From Cirrosporium novae-zelandiae (taxonomy: Eukaryota), in assembly GCA_026023565.1 (NCBI GenBank), contig JAPETS010000042.1, positions 186,001-234,226 of the forward strand: 48,226 nucleotides of DNA. Direction: 5' to 3'. This document shows, one piece after another, positions 1 to 11,868 of the stretch. A program made the translations under genes and the position numbers. Within the stretch, counting starts at the first letter, position 1. Every line of letters begins with the position of its first letter. The notes under the pieces were generated by a model, which saw only the letters and a list, made by a program, of their open reading frames with translations, made no database searches and was not told the origin of the DNA.

Positions 1-35
1 TTGATATTGATTGGCTAACGGGAAAGGCTACGTAC

Positions 36-209
36 TTTGACAATCTCGATGCCCTTCTCCTGTAGGGAAATGGCAGAGGTCTTGCTGGGGTCTCGAGTGA
101 TGCCGCGGATTCTGTACGTCTTTGAGAGTTCGGGAGACCTCTGCACAAAATCAATAACGGAGCCTCCTTGGACGCCAGTGGCACCGAAAACTGTGAGTAG
201 TTTGCTCAT
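36..209 (-). CDS. NmrA-like NAD(P)-binding protein, first exon (gene runs off the left edge)
   Basis: MSKLLTVFGATGVQGGSV..Y.IRGITRDPSK is the typical NmrA Rossmann start. A GTACGT donor at 35 follows EIVK. Confidence 0.85.
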
Positions 210-1087
210 TGTCGTAATAATATTTTCAAGGAATAACTCGTTTGTCTGGAGCTAGAGGGAGTTGTGTAATGATATCTGCTTCTGTCTGCACGAACTTATG
301 GCCAGACAAGTAAACGGGTCGTCCTTGCATGTTATATAGACCTCATTATCCTGATAATCAAGGCAAAAAACCATTGAAGATGCCATAGCTGACAAATTAA
401 AGCAATATTTAGGATTTTATGAGAGGTTGAGAGGATTCAATGGAAGCAGTGTACCCCTGTTGATTACTGCTAAACACGGAGTTCCGAGCTCAGAGACGAT
501 TTTCACTTTTTTTTTATCTTTGTGTTAATAATCCAGTCAATACAGAATTAGAACCAAAGCCGTGATATCATGAAAGCTCCAATACCTTTTGACTTTTCGT
601 TGTGCTTGGTCACCCATTAATTAAATAATTAAAGGGTGGGATAATAATCTTCGCTAGGGTTATCAATATTAACATTATAGCCGTACATGCAATACAGTAT
701 CGGCGTACGTAAAAAACAAGAGGCGTATTTCCCCAGACTACTGTGTAACTTTTCTCCACCATGCAACATCCCGACCAATGGCAAGCTTACCACCAATATA
801 TTTTATATGCATCAATATTGGGTGATCTTGAGGTTTTCGCACATCATAGCCATGAGTCAATTTCTCTACATAGTCCAATGTATATAATACTAAATAACTC
901 CCTATTGTCTTCTTGCTCGAAACGCAACTAATCATAACTTTACCACTTAAATATCAGTTTGACAGGCTACCATTGGAACAGTTTCTAGGTTTATAGACTT
1001 CAACCAAGGTTAATGTACCCTTTCATCCAACACCATGGATTCTCTCCTTGCTGATCCCCTTGCTAGCAGCCTCAGGATCCAACCGCC

Positions 1088-2947
1088 ATGAAGCCCAGCA
1101 CTATCTCGAGTTTAGTCGCTCTCGTAAATCTGGTCAGTGCCGACTGGCAATTCAAATCTCGCAGTGATCTCGCCCCTCCCCGTCTTAATATTATTATTCC
1201 CACTACTCAAGATGTGGAAAAAGGCTACCTCTTCCTGGCACCTTTTGCAGGATATCAAGGACAATGGCACGGTCCCCGCCAGCCAGGTCCTTATATATTC
1301 CGTGATGATGGGGAATTGGTTTGGTCAGGGTACTCATACTATTCAGTCTGGGCGACCAACTTCCAGGCTGCGAGGTGGAGGGGTGATAACGTGCTGTTTT
1401 CGTTTGAGGGAGATCATAATGCCGCCTATGGACATGGACATGGGCATACTACGATCTTGGATCAGCATTATGAGACTGTAAGGGAGTTGAGGGCAGGAAA
1501 TCATAAAATCACCGATAAGCATGAGTTTCATGTAATCAATGAGAAGACGGCCTTGATTCAGATTTATCAGCCAGTTCCAAGGGATCTTACGACTTGGGGT
1601 GCTAGTCCAGAGCAGCAGTGGATTGTTGATGCTATTATTCAAGGTCAGCTTTCCAGGTGGAAATTCCATAATTTTTCCTTTTCTACTGACACGCGTGCAG
1701 AACTAGATATTGAGACTGGCGAGTTAATATTTGAATGGGCTAGCCTGGATCATGTACTTCCTGATGGTAAGATATTTAATACCCAGTTACTAAAGGTCCA
1801 TGGGCTCTTCAAATTTAGCTAATAAAACACAGAAACAATTCTCCCAATCAACCCCGACCAAGCAGGATCAGGCTACAACTCATCAGACGCCTGGGACTAC
1901 TTCCACATTAACTCTGTTGACAAAGACAGTGAAGGCAACTATTTAATCTCTGCCCGGGACGCATGTGCAGTGCATAAAATCAACGGCACCACCGGGGGAA
2001 TAATCTGGCGTCTTGGAGGCACCAAATCCGACTTCACCCTCGGTCCAGAAGTGCAGTTCTGCTTCCAACATCACGCGCGTTACGTTTCAAAATCCGACGA
2101 TGGAACCGAAGAAACTATCTCGCTATACGACAATTCCGCCCATGGCACCGAAAGCGATCATGGCCATGAAGTCCACACTGCACCAACATCCAGCGGAAAG
2201 ATCATCAAGATCAATACAGCCACTAAGAAGGCAACCATCGTTCAAGCGTTCTACCCGCCGGACAATCTCCTTTCCAAATCCCAAGGAAGCACCCAGCTTC
2301 TTCCAAACGGAAACGTACTCGTGAACTGGGGTTCCTCGGGTGCCATCACTGAGTTCCTTTCCAATGGCACCCCAATCTTCCACGCCTACATGGATTCGGG
2401 CCTCCTCGGAGAGGGTGTCCAAAACTACCGCGGCTTCCGTTACAATTGGACCGGCCTTCCATCCGAAACCCCATCCATCGTATCGCTTTCCAACACCCAG
2501 GGAACAACGGCCTATGTCTCCTGGAACGGAGACACTGAAACAGCCGCATGGCGCTTCTTCGCCGTTCACACCAACGGCAACAACAAAAGCTCGCGCGAAT
2601 ATCTAGGCGACGCTACACGCACCGGTTTCGAAACCTCCCTGCACATTAAAGATCGATTCATCACAGCCATCAACGCAGAAGCAATCTCAGCAGACGGTCG
2701 AGTGCTCGTCACCACCGAAATCGCTAAGCTTGAGGCCGAGGTTCTTCCTCCTAGCACATCTTCCCACGATAACGGCAATGATAGAGCAAAATCTCAACTC
2801 TCAGATCCCGTCGGAGGTTCTCGCCGAGGAGAGAAACAGGAATATTTCCAGACAACACTGAAGAACCCCGCGCAGGATGGAAACGCGAAGAGCAATTGGG
2901 CAGAAACAATGTTTCTTAAGGTGAATAGGTTTCCCTGGCGAACCTGA
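1088..2947 (+). CDS. Secreted arylsulfotransferase (ASST-type), 2 introns
   Basis: Signal peptide, then FKSRSDLAPP, D.HEF, WDYFHINSVDKD, WRLGG, FCFQHHAR, SQGSTQLLPNGNVLVNWG and SWNGDTE motifs. Introns at about 1644-1700 and 1767-1832. Confidence 0.88.
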
Positions 2948-3325
2948 ACTGACCACCCGATGTCTCTTTATAGGGGAAGGCACCTATACCCCCCTTCCCA
3001 ACTTAAACCCAACCCCCCCTACTTAGATTTAGTGTTACTACCACTCATCTCATCCAAAAAGTCATGATTACAGAATAAAATACTCAATCATATCTACGAC
3101 GTTAAATAATTCTAACTAAGGTCCAAGGTTTCCCTGTCGTGCCTGGTAACTACATCCCTTAGTCTCTAGGTAGCTAGGTAGAAATTTAGCTACCCCCTCA
3201 TAGTAAAAACACCTTATGATTTTTTTTTCTCTTTATAAAAAATTATCAAAGAATATGCCACATTATTTTTATTAAAATTCGAATTAAGATGGGGTCGCTT
3301 GTCTCAGGGGGCGGAAATAACCTCA

Positions 3326-5462
3326 TTATTCATCTGAAACTATTTCATCCCAACCATTGTCTTCACTCTCACTGTTATCCTCTCTTTCGGCCGCGAGATA
3401 CATCTCCCACAATCCCAAGCTATTGACAGTGTAGGCGGCGACCTGTTTTTCCTCAATATCGTACTCAGTCTGTGGGACAGTTTCTGGGATGGATATGATA
3501 TCCGCGGGCCAGAATCCCGTTTTGACATGTTGGGTTGTGGAAGGGCTCGTAATGAGCAACTTGAAGATGGACCGGAGATCGGTATGCCTCGCGAGCTCTG
3601 AGATTAGGCCGACAATAATTGACATGTCGTAAAGACGATTGCTAGTCTCATAAAAGTTTATGCCGTCGATTATGCAGAATAGGACGGTGTCACTGTTTAA
3701 CTGCAAGATTAGGGAACCGAACAGGCTGCACAGGGCTCGGAGGTCGTTATTGTCGATGTGCCAAAGGTCATTTCGTGTCAGAAAGGTTAGGTCAAAGGTA
3801 TTATGGGATAGGAGTTGAAAGATCAGACTTTTGACCATTTTGACAGCGGCTGATGGTGGATGAGGTTCGCTATTCAATCCGCAGAAGAAGTGGATGATCC
3901 GGGCCGGAGACAGGGACTCAAGGTTCCGCACAAGCATCGAACAGAATAATGAGACTGGAGATATTTTCTCTGGATCAGAGTTACCATGCACCAAAATTGC
4001 CTCCGAGGCAGGTGATGTGAGCCATTCCTTCATTCTCGGAGACTGCATCAGCCATGCAGCTCGATCTTGTTCTGATGACTTGAAGGTATGTCCCATGTGG
4101 ATGCAGCGCTCGATGCAATCTGCTGTATATTCTGCAGCTGTCTTAGAGCTAACATGTAGAGAGAATGATAGCTGAGCTTGCGTAATGATAGCGTTGGCGG
4201 ATCTAGGTGGCGTGTAATAAGCTTCTTGCATTTTCATCATCCGCTTTAAACGTTCTTCAATGTTCTTCTTCCCTATACCTTGTCAGCCTAGGTATATTAA
4301 TCTATACGGACTATGTGACTATTCTGGGGAACCGACACCGGGAATTGGCATCACTTGAGCGCAGCAGATCAAGCATCAAATTATGTAGTTCATTCAATTG
4401 GTGACCTGCATGGGCTATACGAGAGTCTAGTTCTATATCCTGTTGAATTTCTTTGACCCCCAGAGTCAGTATCATAACAAAGCAAGAGCACTAGGGAGTC
4501 GTTTACGCTTACGAAGGTCGCTTTTTTTATCGATCGCTTGAATTGTGCGCTGTGAACAGATCACTGCTTCACTTATCAGAATGTCAACAGATAATTTGAT
4601 GAACTCAAGCTTCTCCTTAAGTTCTTTCCCGTATTCAGTAGATATTTGTTTCAAATGCTTGACTGTCTGATGTTAGCTTTTTTTACAGTATTGTAGATAA
4701 ATCTAGCCCATTACCAGTGGTCTCCGAATAGTGTCCTATCACCGCTTCTAGTGCCACTAGAATATTGAGGTATAGTTTCAAAGTGGCTTCGTGAATCTTT
4801 TCATCGGATCTATAGATATTAATATAGTCTTTCACTGTGTCAAGCCGCCTTGGGAGGTCGTCTAGAGCTCGCACAAGGTCTTGCTGAAGTTTACTTGCAC
4901 GAATTGCAGCCTGTAGGTAGAATCAACCCAGAATTCGATTTCAAATTGACAAGACCCGTACATTGAAAATTAATTTCAAGCCCCCGCTCAATATGGAGGT
5001 GTAGTCTCCGTTCGGGATAAGGTCCAGGAATGGTACCACCATCTCACCTTTCTCTCCCGCCACTCTCCATGCCTTTTTGATAGGTCTAAGCACACCAGGC
5101 CGTCTATCATACTCCTTTTGCGCTTCGGAAACCACTTGGATCACCTCGTGCCAGCTACTTTTGCCGCGGATGCTGAACTTATTTTTAGCCTTGAGCTTCA
5201 CGGGTGTGGCTTGCAACAACTTCATAGCCGCGATGAACTGTGTTTGCGGCAATTGATCATTGTTCTCAACCTGCTCTACAGTAGGACGTGCATGTGTCGT
5301 AGAATTGGTTTTGGAATTATCAGTGTACTGTCTAGGATTCGGGTCAAATCGACAGTTAGAGCTAGCAAATGCGTTATGATATTGAGGCAAACGATTATCG
5401 ATGAAATCGACAGCTGGTTCGTGAAGTTGAATCTCATGCGTTGTAGATGCTGCATTGGCCAT
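3326..5462 (-). CDS. Fungal STAND/NACHT-like protein: helical N-terminal domain plus degenerate NTPase domain, no C-terminal repeats (multi-exon)
   Basis: ORF pieces 4941-5462, 4683-4874, 4472-4654 and 3326-4240 join through GT-AG introns (e.g. 4961-4911). Contains EWLTS..ILVHGN (Walker A position), IIHFFCG, VLFCIIDGINFYE (Walker B) and FKLLITSP, the NACHT/NPHP3-N-like motif order. The N-terminal LDLIPNGDYTSILSGGLKLIFNAA resembles Goodbye-type helical domains. Confidence 0.7.
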
Positions 5463-6776
5463 GAAAGAAAAGCGTTATGCGCGAAAGAATGAGTACTATC
5501 GCGGAAAGAAGCCAGCCTTAGCTATAACTAAAATTTATCTTTAAAATATCTTTGAAGGGCGAATCATTAAATTAAAAAAACATTTAATAGCATTTCAGGC
5601 TTCATCCTGGATACAATAGCAGCAGCTAGCAGTATTATGTACGTCTGTATAGTGCTTAAGTAGTTGCTATTGATATATCATAAGGCTTTTAGTGCATAGT
5701 AATACAAGCCTAGTTGTCCTTAGCTTGCAGTTTAAGCCGTTGGCTACAGTATGGATATACCCGTAACCTCCTCAAAAGTAGAACTTCCCCATAGCAAACC
5801 TATCACCTAAATTTCCTTGCAACCCTTCTATGCCTACATTGAGTAGTTCTCTTTTCACATAAATCCTACAGCCTCCTAAACCATGCAGACTTGCAGTCAA
5901 TAGTAACGCAGCTTCAACCAATCAAAAATATAATTTACTCCTTTAACAAGGTGTAAATGGCCAACCATGAACCAATACGAATGCTAGTGACTCCCGGTTG
6001 GGCCATTTCTGTTGATTTATCCCCACATACGATGTAGGAAAGTCTGAACACTGATTTGGTCAGACTTGGCTGACAGCCTTGCGGATCTGAGGCTGTCATA
6101 ATCCCACTCGATCACCCCAATTAAATGCCAGAAGCTTAGAGATGCAGTGGTCAGCGAACAACTCGAGCAGCATGTCTCTTGCATTAGGTCGAATCAGAAC
6201 TAATCTGGGTGCCATTTACGCGTAGATGAATTTATCAGCTCGGGTTATGAAGTGCTTAGAGCATGCTGAATCATATTCTCTCTCCTGCAGTCGGTTCCAT
6301 AACAAATTCAACCCGAGGAGTTGAGACCTAATTCTCTTTCCCTCCACGTGCCCTCCTAGTCTAGAGAAGTTTGAACTTGAACTACCCCCCAAATCTTCCA
6401 CGTATCAGTATCGCTCATCAGGCGAGTGTAAGGACTAGTACATTAGACCTTCACACTTTACAGGCCTGCTTCTTCCAGCTAGCGAATTAAAGTGGAAAAC
6501 TCATGAGGTGTGAGGCTGAGACATTATTGATAGAACTCTCCCTTCTTCAGGATCGGGCTAATCAAGAAGGCGAGAGTGATATCCTTTTAGATGCACAATC
6601 AACTCAATCTGTCTCTTCGTGGGGCCTCAGGATTTCCGGAACACTTAAATTTTACCCTCTCATTCTCGTCGACATTCACATCCGCAGGTACGCCCAAGGT
6701 ACTCGTGGAGGCTTGATCTCAATATCTATTTGAGCTTACACCCCTTAGTAATTCATTCGACCAAGTGCTGGTAATT

Positions 6777-9700
6777 ATGGCTAACTCAGATAATGTCGTA
6801 CCGGAGCTTGCTGCGGATCATTCAAACCACCGTCAATCACCAACTAGTAGAAGCGCGGACTCTACAACCACCTCTCATGGGAACTCCGTGGAAATCATAT
6901 CTTCTACGGATAGGACCTCGATAACGCCGGGAGATGACGACAAAGCTAAACCGCAAACCTCTTCCGAGCCACAAGAAATATTTGATATCCAAAAACCCCT
7001 TGAAACCCCGGGTTTAAATATCAACCCGTCTGCTGCAGGGGCAGGAGAGAGCATCTCAACGGCGGTGAATGTTGCTGATGAAGCCGAATATAGCAATAAT
7101 ATCATTACTTCTGATCACGAGGACAAGCTTAGCACAGGGACCGACCTTAGTGGCAGAAACACTTACTACCGGAATCGATACCATGGTTATCTACGCCATA
7201 AGCGCTTTAAAGAACCCTTGGGAGAGAGGGTCAGAAAGGCATCCAAGCGTGTGAACCAATATAGAGACTATATTATGCTTATGGAAGACCGAGTCAGCGC
7301 ATTAGAAGGGAAGCATAGATGCTTTTCACCTGAGGGGGGAAGTGAGAAAACTGACTCACAACCGGAGAGAATACCCAGAATTCCCCAGCTTAATCGGGTC
7401 AAGTGGGCAAATTTCAAGGCGAAGAGATCCGCTCCAGAAGAGCAATACAAGGTTTGCGCCATAGACGTTCTTGTTGGAGAGGCGGTGATCAACCAAGATT
7501 TGAGACGCAGATCTGGAATGGTCAACACGGATGTTTGCTTCGCTCCACTTAGCCCGAATAGTGGCGCTACAGCTCCGACTTTAGACATGGCAAAGGATAC
7601 AAAGAATATTACGAAGCTCACAATAAGAGAACAATGTCGCCTACCAGAACGGATCCGTATCAACTCGCTACCTCTTATCAGAATCTTGGAAAAAATCCAC
7701 AAGGGTACGATCATTCCGACCGATTGCCCTTTCCTAATATTCCGACCGTTTAGGATATTAGTATACTATGAAGAGGAAATCCAGGAATGGTTTCAAAGGT
7801 TGGAAAGAAAATGGAATGGCGTGTTGAAGAATCCATCCGCCGATGCAGCCCCAGAGTCCCCCAGCGAATCCAAGGAAGTGATAGGTGACAACTCAGAGAA
7901 AGTTTGCCATCCCCCATGCAATATTGATAGCAGTTCAATAAATGACGATATGCAGGTTTCCACTCCCGGCTCTGACGATCATGAAAATGACGACGAGTTC
8001 CCGGAGTGTACGGGCACTGAAGAGGCCTTGAACGACCTTCGCTGTTTAATTGATTTCATAGAAAAAGATATCAAGCCAGTTATGCATTATTTCAATGGCT
8101 CTTCATGCCAAAAGATATCTTTCGATGAGCTATGGTACCTTTTCAAGCCTGGGGATGAAGTGCTTGCGTCGGGCAGCTACTATCAAGCGTACAGGGTTAC
8201 TCATATCACAGGGGTAAGACACCATCCCAACATCACCAACATACAGAATAGAGACTTTCATTTCTCGAAGCTTACGCCTGTGGTCATACACTGCGTGTAC
8301 ATGGATTTTAATGGTAAGAGGCTGGGACCAGTTTCGAAAACCTTCAAAATATCGAAGTACGATGGAGAACGAGAGATACTCTCATTGCCTGTCTATCCAT
8401 TTCGATTCTCCAAAGATGCAAGCTCGCTCCGCGAGGAGCTTATTGAGAGGGGTAAAACTTTCATGAAGCTTACAGAAGTAAAACACGTTCACTACACTGG
8501 AATTTCTCTTGACACTCAGGAAGAGATCGATAGCCAGGCTATTATTGATTTTGAGCAGACAATTCAACATATACCCCAGTGGGAGCCAGCGATCATTCAT
8601 GGTTCCTCCGAAGAAGCTGACATAGGTGATTCTATTACGGATGAAGATAGAAAATGCGATGTTATTGGCTGCTGCGAGGATGAGTACACTCACGACGATT
8701 CTTACGTGGATAAAGATTGGGTGAAGGAGTTCATTCAGCAACAGCCGACACTGACGATATACTCTCGACCCATAAATACCATTACAGAAAAGCGAGACGA
8801 AGAATTAGTGCTCCTTACCAATCGTATCCTTGGGTTTGTCCTTCGAAGCCGAAAATGGGGTACGCTTCTCATCTTATATACTGATGTTATTCAGTATCTT
8901 TTACACTGCTGACGTACTCTGCTGAGAGCAAAATAGCAAATCTTGACATTAATTGTATCAGAGAAGTAGCACACGTCAAAGATGCTGACGGATTTGACTT
9001 GCTAGTCCTTCCGAAAGGTCATAAGGAGATGGTCAGATCCCTCGTTAAGCAGCATTTCAGGGAAAAGAAGCATGAATCTTGGGAAAAGGAGCAAATTGAT
9101 TTAGTACGAGGAAAGGGTAAGCATGAGGACCTAGAAAATGGGCAGCTTTAAAGGTGCTAACCAATCCTACAGGGAAAGGTCTTATCTTACTGTTACATGG
9201 CGCACCAGGTGTTGGGAAAACATCTACAGCTGGTATGTAGGCATTGGTAAGATTATTTAATCTCGATGCCATAGACTGACATACCTATGCAGAATGTGTG
9301 GCAGATTCCTTTAGAAAGCCACTCTTCCCTATAACATGCGGTTAGTCATCTCAGGTTCTCTGCTCTTCCCTCCAGTTCAATGCAAACTAAAACATTCTTA
9401 GGCGATCTTGGTGTGACAGCTTCAGAGGTTGAGAGTAGTTTGGAGATGAACTTTACGTTGGCACACAGATGGGGCTGTATACTCCTACTTGATGAGGCTG
9501 ATATCTTTCTGGCACAGAGAACTAGGGATGACTTTATACGGAATAGTCTCGTTTCGGGTTCGATTTCCAATCCTGGTCCTGCATAATAATAGAAAGCTTA
9601 CCTAGATAGTATTCCTCCGTGTACTAGAATATTACGCCGGTATACTATTCCTCACTACCAATAGAGTTGGCTCATTTGACGAGGCCTTCAAGTCGCGTAT

Positions 9701-10613
9701 CCATATTAGTCTATATTACCCACCATTGGATAAAAATTCTACCGTCAAAGTCTGGGAGATGAATCTCAAGCGGACCAAAAGCCGGATGAATTCCCAACTA
9801 CTCGAAGCTCAAAAGAATGAAAATGGAAAGGGAAATGAGGATAAGGGGAATGGTGAGAAGAATAAGAAGAAGGCTAAATATGGTCAGCGTCGCTTTAAGA
9901 TAGACAAAGATGGTATCATTGCTTTTTCCGAGGAGCATTTTAACAATAACGCCCAAGGGCGTTGGAATGGAAGACAGATCCGCAACGCTTTCCAGACTGC
10001 AATTGCTCTCGCCGAGTCTGAGGCCCAAGACGATACTGACAGCGAAGAAGAGCCGTCTCGAAAACCTCGGACTGTCAAGCTTCGAAGAAGGCATTTTGAG
10101 ACGGTAGCTGAGGCATCGTTGGCCTTTGATAAGTATCTGGAGGATGTCTATGGTGGTCTGTCGGCCTCCCAAAGGGCTTATGATGCCCATATTCGATATG
10201 ATGAATTCGGCGCTCCTCCCCCCCCTTCTGTTTTCTCACCACCGAATCAGTACAATCCGGGTGCTTCATATAGCCAGCCTAGATTTCATTCCACTACAGG
10301 GCCAGGGCCATGGTCATTAAATACCAATTACCCTAGTAACAGCGGCCAAGACCCGCCGAAGCAGCCAAAGTCCAAGGCGACTGCATCGAAATCCAAAAAG
10401 AGACGCTCAAAGGGGAAGTCATCCTCAGAGGAGAATGATAGAAGCGGAGGCACCAGCTCCGATAATTCTAGCTCCAACTCCGCCTCGACGTCTGATCCAA
10501 GTTCAGACCCAGACTCGGATGTCAGGGCAAAGAAACAGAAGAAGGCGAAAGCTGCTGCTACTGAAAAGGAGGGAAAGAAGAAAAAGGATTCGAAGAGTTC
10601 GAAGAAGAAATAG
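6777..10613 (+). CDS. Large fungal AAA+ ATPase with long N-terminal region, AAA core, lid and K/S-rich tail (multi-exon)
   Basis: Walker A GKGLILLLHGAPGVGKTSTA, Walker B ILLLDEADIF, LEYYAGILFLTTNRVGSFDEAFKSRIH, lid NGRQIRNAFQTA, and N-terminal ISFDELWYLFKPG. About five introns between 8860 and 9610. Confidence 0.9.
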
Positions 10614-11169
10614 GATGGTTGTAGATCAATCCGGGAAGCGCTTCTTTGTTCTCCGAATATCATTGTCCTAGTTAAGGAAATGCGTTTGTATTCCGTATTT
10701 ATATCGCTATGATAGGCTATATTAACTAGGGTATATCTTCCTTCATTAATATAATGCAATCATTTTATACCTATGTTTACTGTATTATGTCAATGGATCA
10801 ATAAACCACACAATAATTTTATAAAATCGTAAAGACAGGCACACACACACACCATCTACCCCCCTCAAGCTCTTACAACATACTGTTACATACATCGATA
10901 AAGACTCAAGAATCCCCATTGGAAACAACCAAAACAATCCCACACACTTATTGAACACCCCACCCCCTTCCTTCTTACATTCCCCACATTATATCTCAGA
11001 TTCTAACACCGATCCCCTCCTCCCAAGCGAGCGAGTCTAGTGACTTACTTTTAACTCAACTCCCACGCCCCTTCCTTGTTGGTGGATTTTATAATTAGTA
11101 AAAAATAGGTAACAAATTAATAAAAATAATAACGCGGATACAGGGCAGCAAATATATAAATCTCAACCC

Positions 11170-11460
11170 CCCTGGTGAACATGGTGCTACTGGGGAAGCA
11201 GAAGTCTGTGAAGTTGTTATATTCCCTAAATGATTATCGCTCGTTGGGCGGGGTATATACAAGCGGTAAACAAACCGAGCAAACAACCTAACTGCTTACG
11301 GTTAGGTAGACTAAATATATAGGGAAGCGACGGGCCGAAGGTGGGTCGCATGTTTAAAGGTACAGTCGCTTAATAAAAATGAAAGTGACCTTAGGGAGGC
11401 CTTCAAACAAAACCAATTTTTAATAAAATTTCGATTTGAAGGCCTCCCCAAAAGAGTCAT
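11170..11460 (+). ncRNA. Putative group I intron-like ribozyme core
   Basis: P1 11170-77/11188-95 with U11173-G11192 wobble; P2 11198-209; P3 UUCCCUA 11222-28/UAGGGAA 11320-26 followed by AAU; stems 11239-43/11276-80 and 11286-307; P7 UAGACUA 11307-13/CAGUCG 11363-68; P8 GCGAC/GUCGC 11327-49; S-like AAGGUACAGUCG; P9-like 14-bp stem 11394-407/11435-48. The P4/P6 junctions are non-canonical. Confidence 0.55.
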
Positions 11461-11868
11461 AGATAAGATCTTGAAGATTGGAGATTTTCGGATTCGAGTG
11501 AATGAAGGTGGAGGGGGTAGAGTTAATTAGTGTGTGTACCCAGTGATCAAAATATCTTTCCATTTAACATCTTCTATCCCTCCCTCACCCACGCACATCG
11601 TTCGTTACATCTTCAAAAATTCGAAATAACAAATAAAAACCCTTCTAGTAACCATTCTTTCCCCCTTAGCAATTTATTTCTCGTACACAAGCACCTACTG
11701 CATACGTCAGTTATGCGTTGTTGTTGTAATATCTATTTCATTTTATCTATCCTATCTAGATATATATCCTTTCAAAATGATACAACTATCTATACTGATT
11801 TCCAATCCTAACTTCATCATTCCCCTATTACGTTTTTTCTTTTCTTTCTTTTTCTTTTTCAGTTAGCA

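Noticed and set aside
561..640. CYS3/MetR-like GTGATATCAT and a CACCC...GGGTG hairpin upstream of the arylsulfotransferase
   Set aside because: A single imperfect short match, expected by chance.
11220..11295. TTCCCTAAA and AACCTAAC as a telomerase template
   Set aside because: Neither gives 1.5 copies of CCCTAA or of the terminal 12-mer, and both are tied up in stems.
11195..11315. RNase P/MRP CR-I and CR-V-like pair (GAAGTCTG / TAGACTA)
   Set aside because: Only ~100 nt apart, and the other conserved regions are absent.
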